Of a DNA stretch of 64,000 bases, positions 62,277 to 64,000 are shown one piece after another. How positions within the stretch are numbered: the first letter of the stretch is position 1; each line of letters begins with the position of its first letter. The DNA is taken from assembly GCA_002269645.1 (NCBI GenBank), contig NIVC01001652.1:120924-184923 (forward strand), in the 5' to 3' direction. The position numbers were made by a program, and so were the translations under genes. The notes beneath the pieces are model-generated. The model searched no databases. It was not told the origin of the DNA and saw only the letters and a program-made list of their open reading frames with translations. The DNA comes from Macrostomum lignano (lineage: Eukaryota).

Positions 62277-64000
62277 CAAATGTCAATGCCATTCCAGGCG
62301 CTGCTCCAGCCTGTCGTCTCACTTTGGCGCCACTCATTCGCCGAGTCAGCAGCGTCGGAAGCTTCACAGCCATCAAGAGACGTCGTTGCAACCAGAGCCT
62401 GTAAACAACTTCAGCTCGGACTCTCTGCTCACCAGCCAAAACACGCATGTCACAATGGAGTTTTCAGCCGACGACTCAACATTTTCCTACACGGAATCGC
62501 CAGTCGAGTCCCTGGCCAGTCCGTTGGAGGACGAGCTGCAGCAGCAGCAGCAGCAGCCAATCCTGGAGAAGCAACTCGGCGGCAAGGCGGAACAGCCGAA
62601 GCGGCTCCTGCTGATGCTGCCGCCAGCGCCGGTGCAGACGCTGCTGGCCCCACCAGCCGATGTGGTGCGCGCTCTTCCAACTCAGCGACCGCGCCGTCAG
62701 CATCAAATCATCGAGCAGCAGCAGCAGCCGCACTCCGGCCAGCAGCGGCGAAGCAGGAATTCGCGCAACTGCTGCGTTGCAGTGGCATCTCAGCGTCTTT
62801 GCATGGCAACCGACGGTCGCTTCGCCTGGGCAAAGTCCGGCCTGGGCCGCAGCGCTTCTCGTTGCAGCCGGGCGTGCAGCCAGTGGCTGTTCGTTGGGAC
62901 CGGCGGCAGACAACCGCCAGAGGAGCTCCTGGAGCCGCTACACTGCTGGCTTATCTTCGAACAAGTCGGCCCGACGATGAGCCTCAGACAGGCGGCCGCC
63001 GTGGAAGCCGCCTCCACCGCTGCCCGTTGGCCTCTGCTGGTGACGTCACCGGATCCGCAGACCGCACTGCGATTCGTCACCGCAGCTGCATCGGCGCCGG
63101 AGCCCGTGAAGGCCACCGCTCCGCCAGCGGTGCCCGTCTTTTGGCGCCATGACACATCGGCCACAGCCGGGTTCCAGCAGTCGCAGCCGCCGCTGTACGA
63201 TGGCCGCCGCCACCGCGCCGGCTCGCTAATCGGATCGCCCAGCTCGCAGACGGCCGCCTCTGCCAGCAGCAGCAGCGGTGGCTGCGGTCGATCGAGCGGC
63301 GTCACGGCGTCTGTCGGGCGCGAGAAACTCCAGCAGCAGCGGCAGCTTCGCCGGATGGTGCAGGTGATGCAAATGCGCCGAAAGCCTAGCGACACGGAGT
63401 TCGTCGGTGCACCGACCGGCGGCGACAGCTGTCGGAACGGCTTCTGCCGCCGACGATGCGACCTGCTCGAAGATCTGCTCCGACGCCGGGACGAAATCGA
63501 CGATATGCTGACGGCGCTGCAGCCCAGCCCGTGCCACTCGCCGACATCGTCGCGTTTCTATTCTTTCGGCGCTGCCAGCGGCGTTGATGGCGGAATCTCC
63601 AGCAGCGCTACGGACAGCGAGTTCGCCGCTAGCCGCTCCGATGACGCCAACAGCATCAACAGCGTCTGCAGCAGCAGCAGCGCAGCGGCAGCGGCAACAG
63701 CCATTCGTACTTCGTCACGCCAAGCAGCGCGCTCGGCCGGACGGCAAACAACAACGCAGACGTCGGCTGTGGCGAAGGCGCCGTGGACAGTCACCGGAGA
63801 CGCCGGACGTACTACGCCCGACGGTGCATCGTTCGGCTGGAGGAGAGCGCGGCTCTGCTGGTCCAGGAGACGCCTGCCGGGCCAGCAGCGTGGTGTCCAC
63901 CTGCTCGGTGCAGCAGGACTCTGCGGACAGCGAAAGCGGCCTCGTCTGAACTCCTCTTGCCGCGGTGGCAGCCGGCGCTTCAGAGCGGTGCGGCTCGGCC
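62277..64000 (+). CDS. Divergent gene, exon 2, Q/S/A-rich low-complexity protein, open to the window end
   Basis: CCTCTAG acceptor; the frame starting at 62278 has no stop in ~574 codons (read by hand) and matches the phase of exon 1; absent from the ORF track because there is no stop in the window. Confidence 0.7.

Noticed and set aside
62280-63152. 290-aa plus-strand ORF as the true second exon
   Set aside because: Out of phase with the exon-1 donor; the frame starting at 62278 is in phase and much longer

Overview
Eukaryotic (animal) genomic DNA. GC-rich exons and minisatellite-filled introns suggest a free-living flatworm such as Macrostomum; this is inference, not shown by the sequence. 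About 60 kb is a single minus-strand gene, an unc-79 ortholog (UNC79, the large HEAT-repeat subunit of the NALCN/UNC79/UNC80 sodium leak channel complex). I traced about 31 coding exons by hand from ATG 60489 down to 789, about 2,450 aa, checking splice phases against the remembered human protein. The last exon(s) lie left of position 1. Three exons each lack one base, and a fourth site is either a 1-nt deletion or an 86-nt intron. One intron is GC-AG. Nearly every intron holds its own tandem-repeat array, and these arrays produce most long entries in the ORF track, which are spurious. A divergent plus-strand gene of unknown function starts at 61484 and runs off the right edge. There is one tRNA-derived SINE. 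I found no CRISPR, prokaryotic or defence-type system and cannot support a claim of a new biological system; the findings concern gene structure, repeats and sequence quality.
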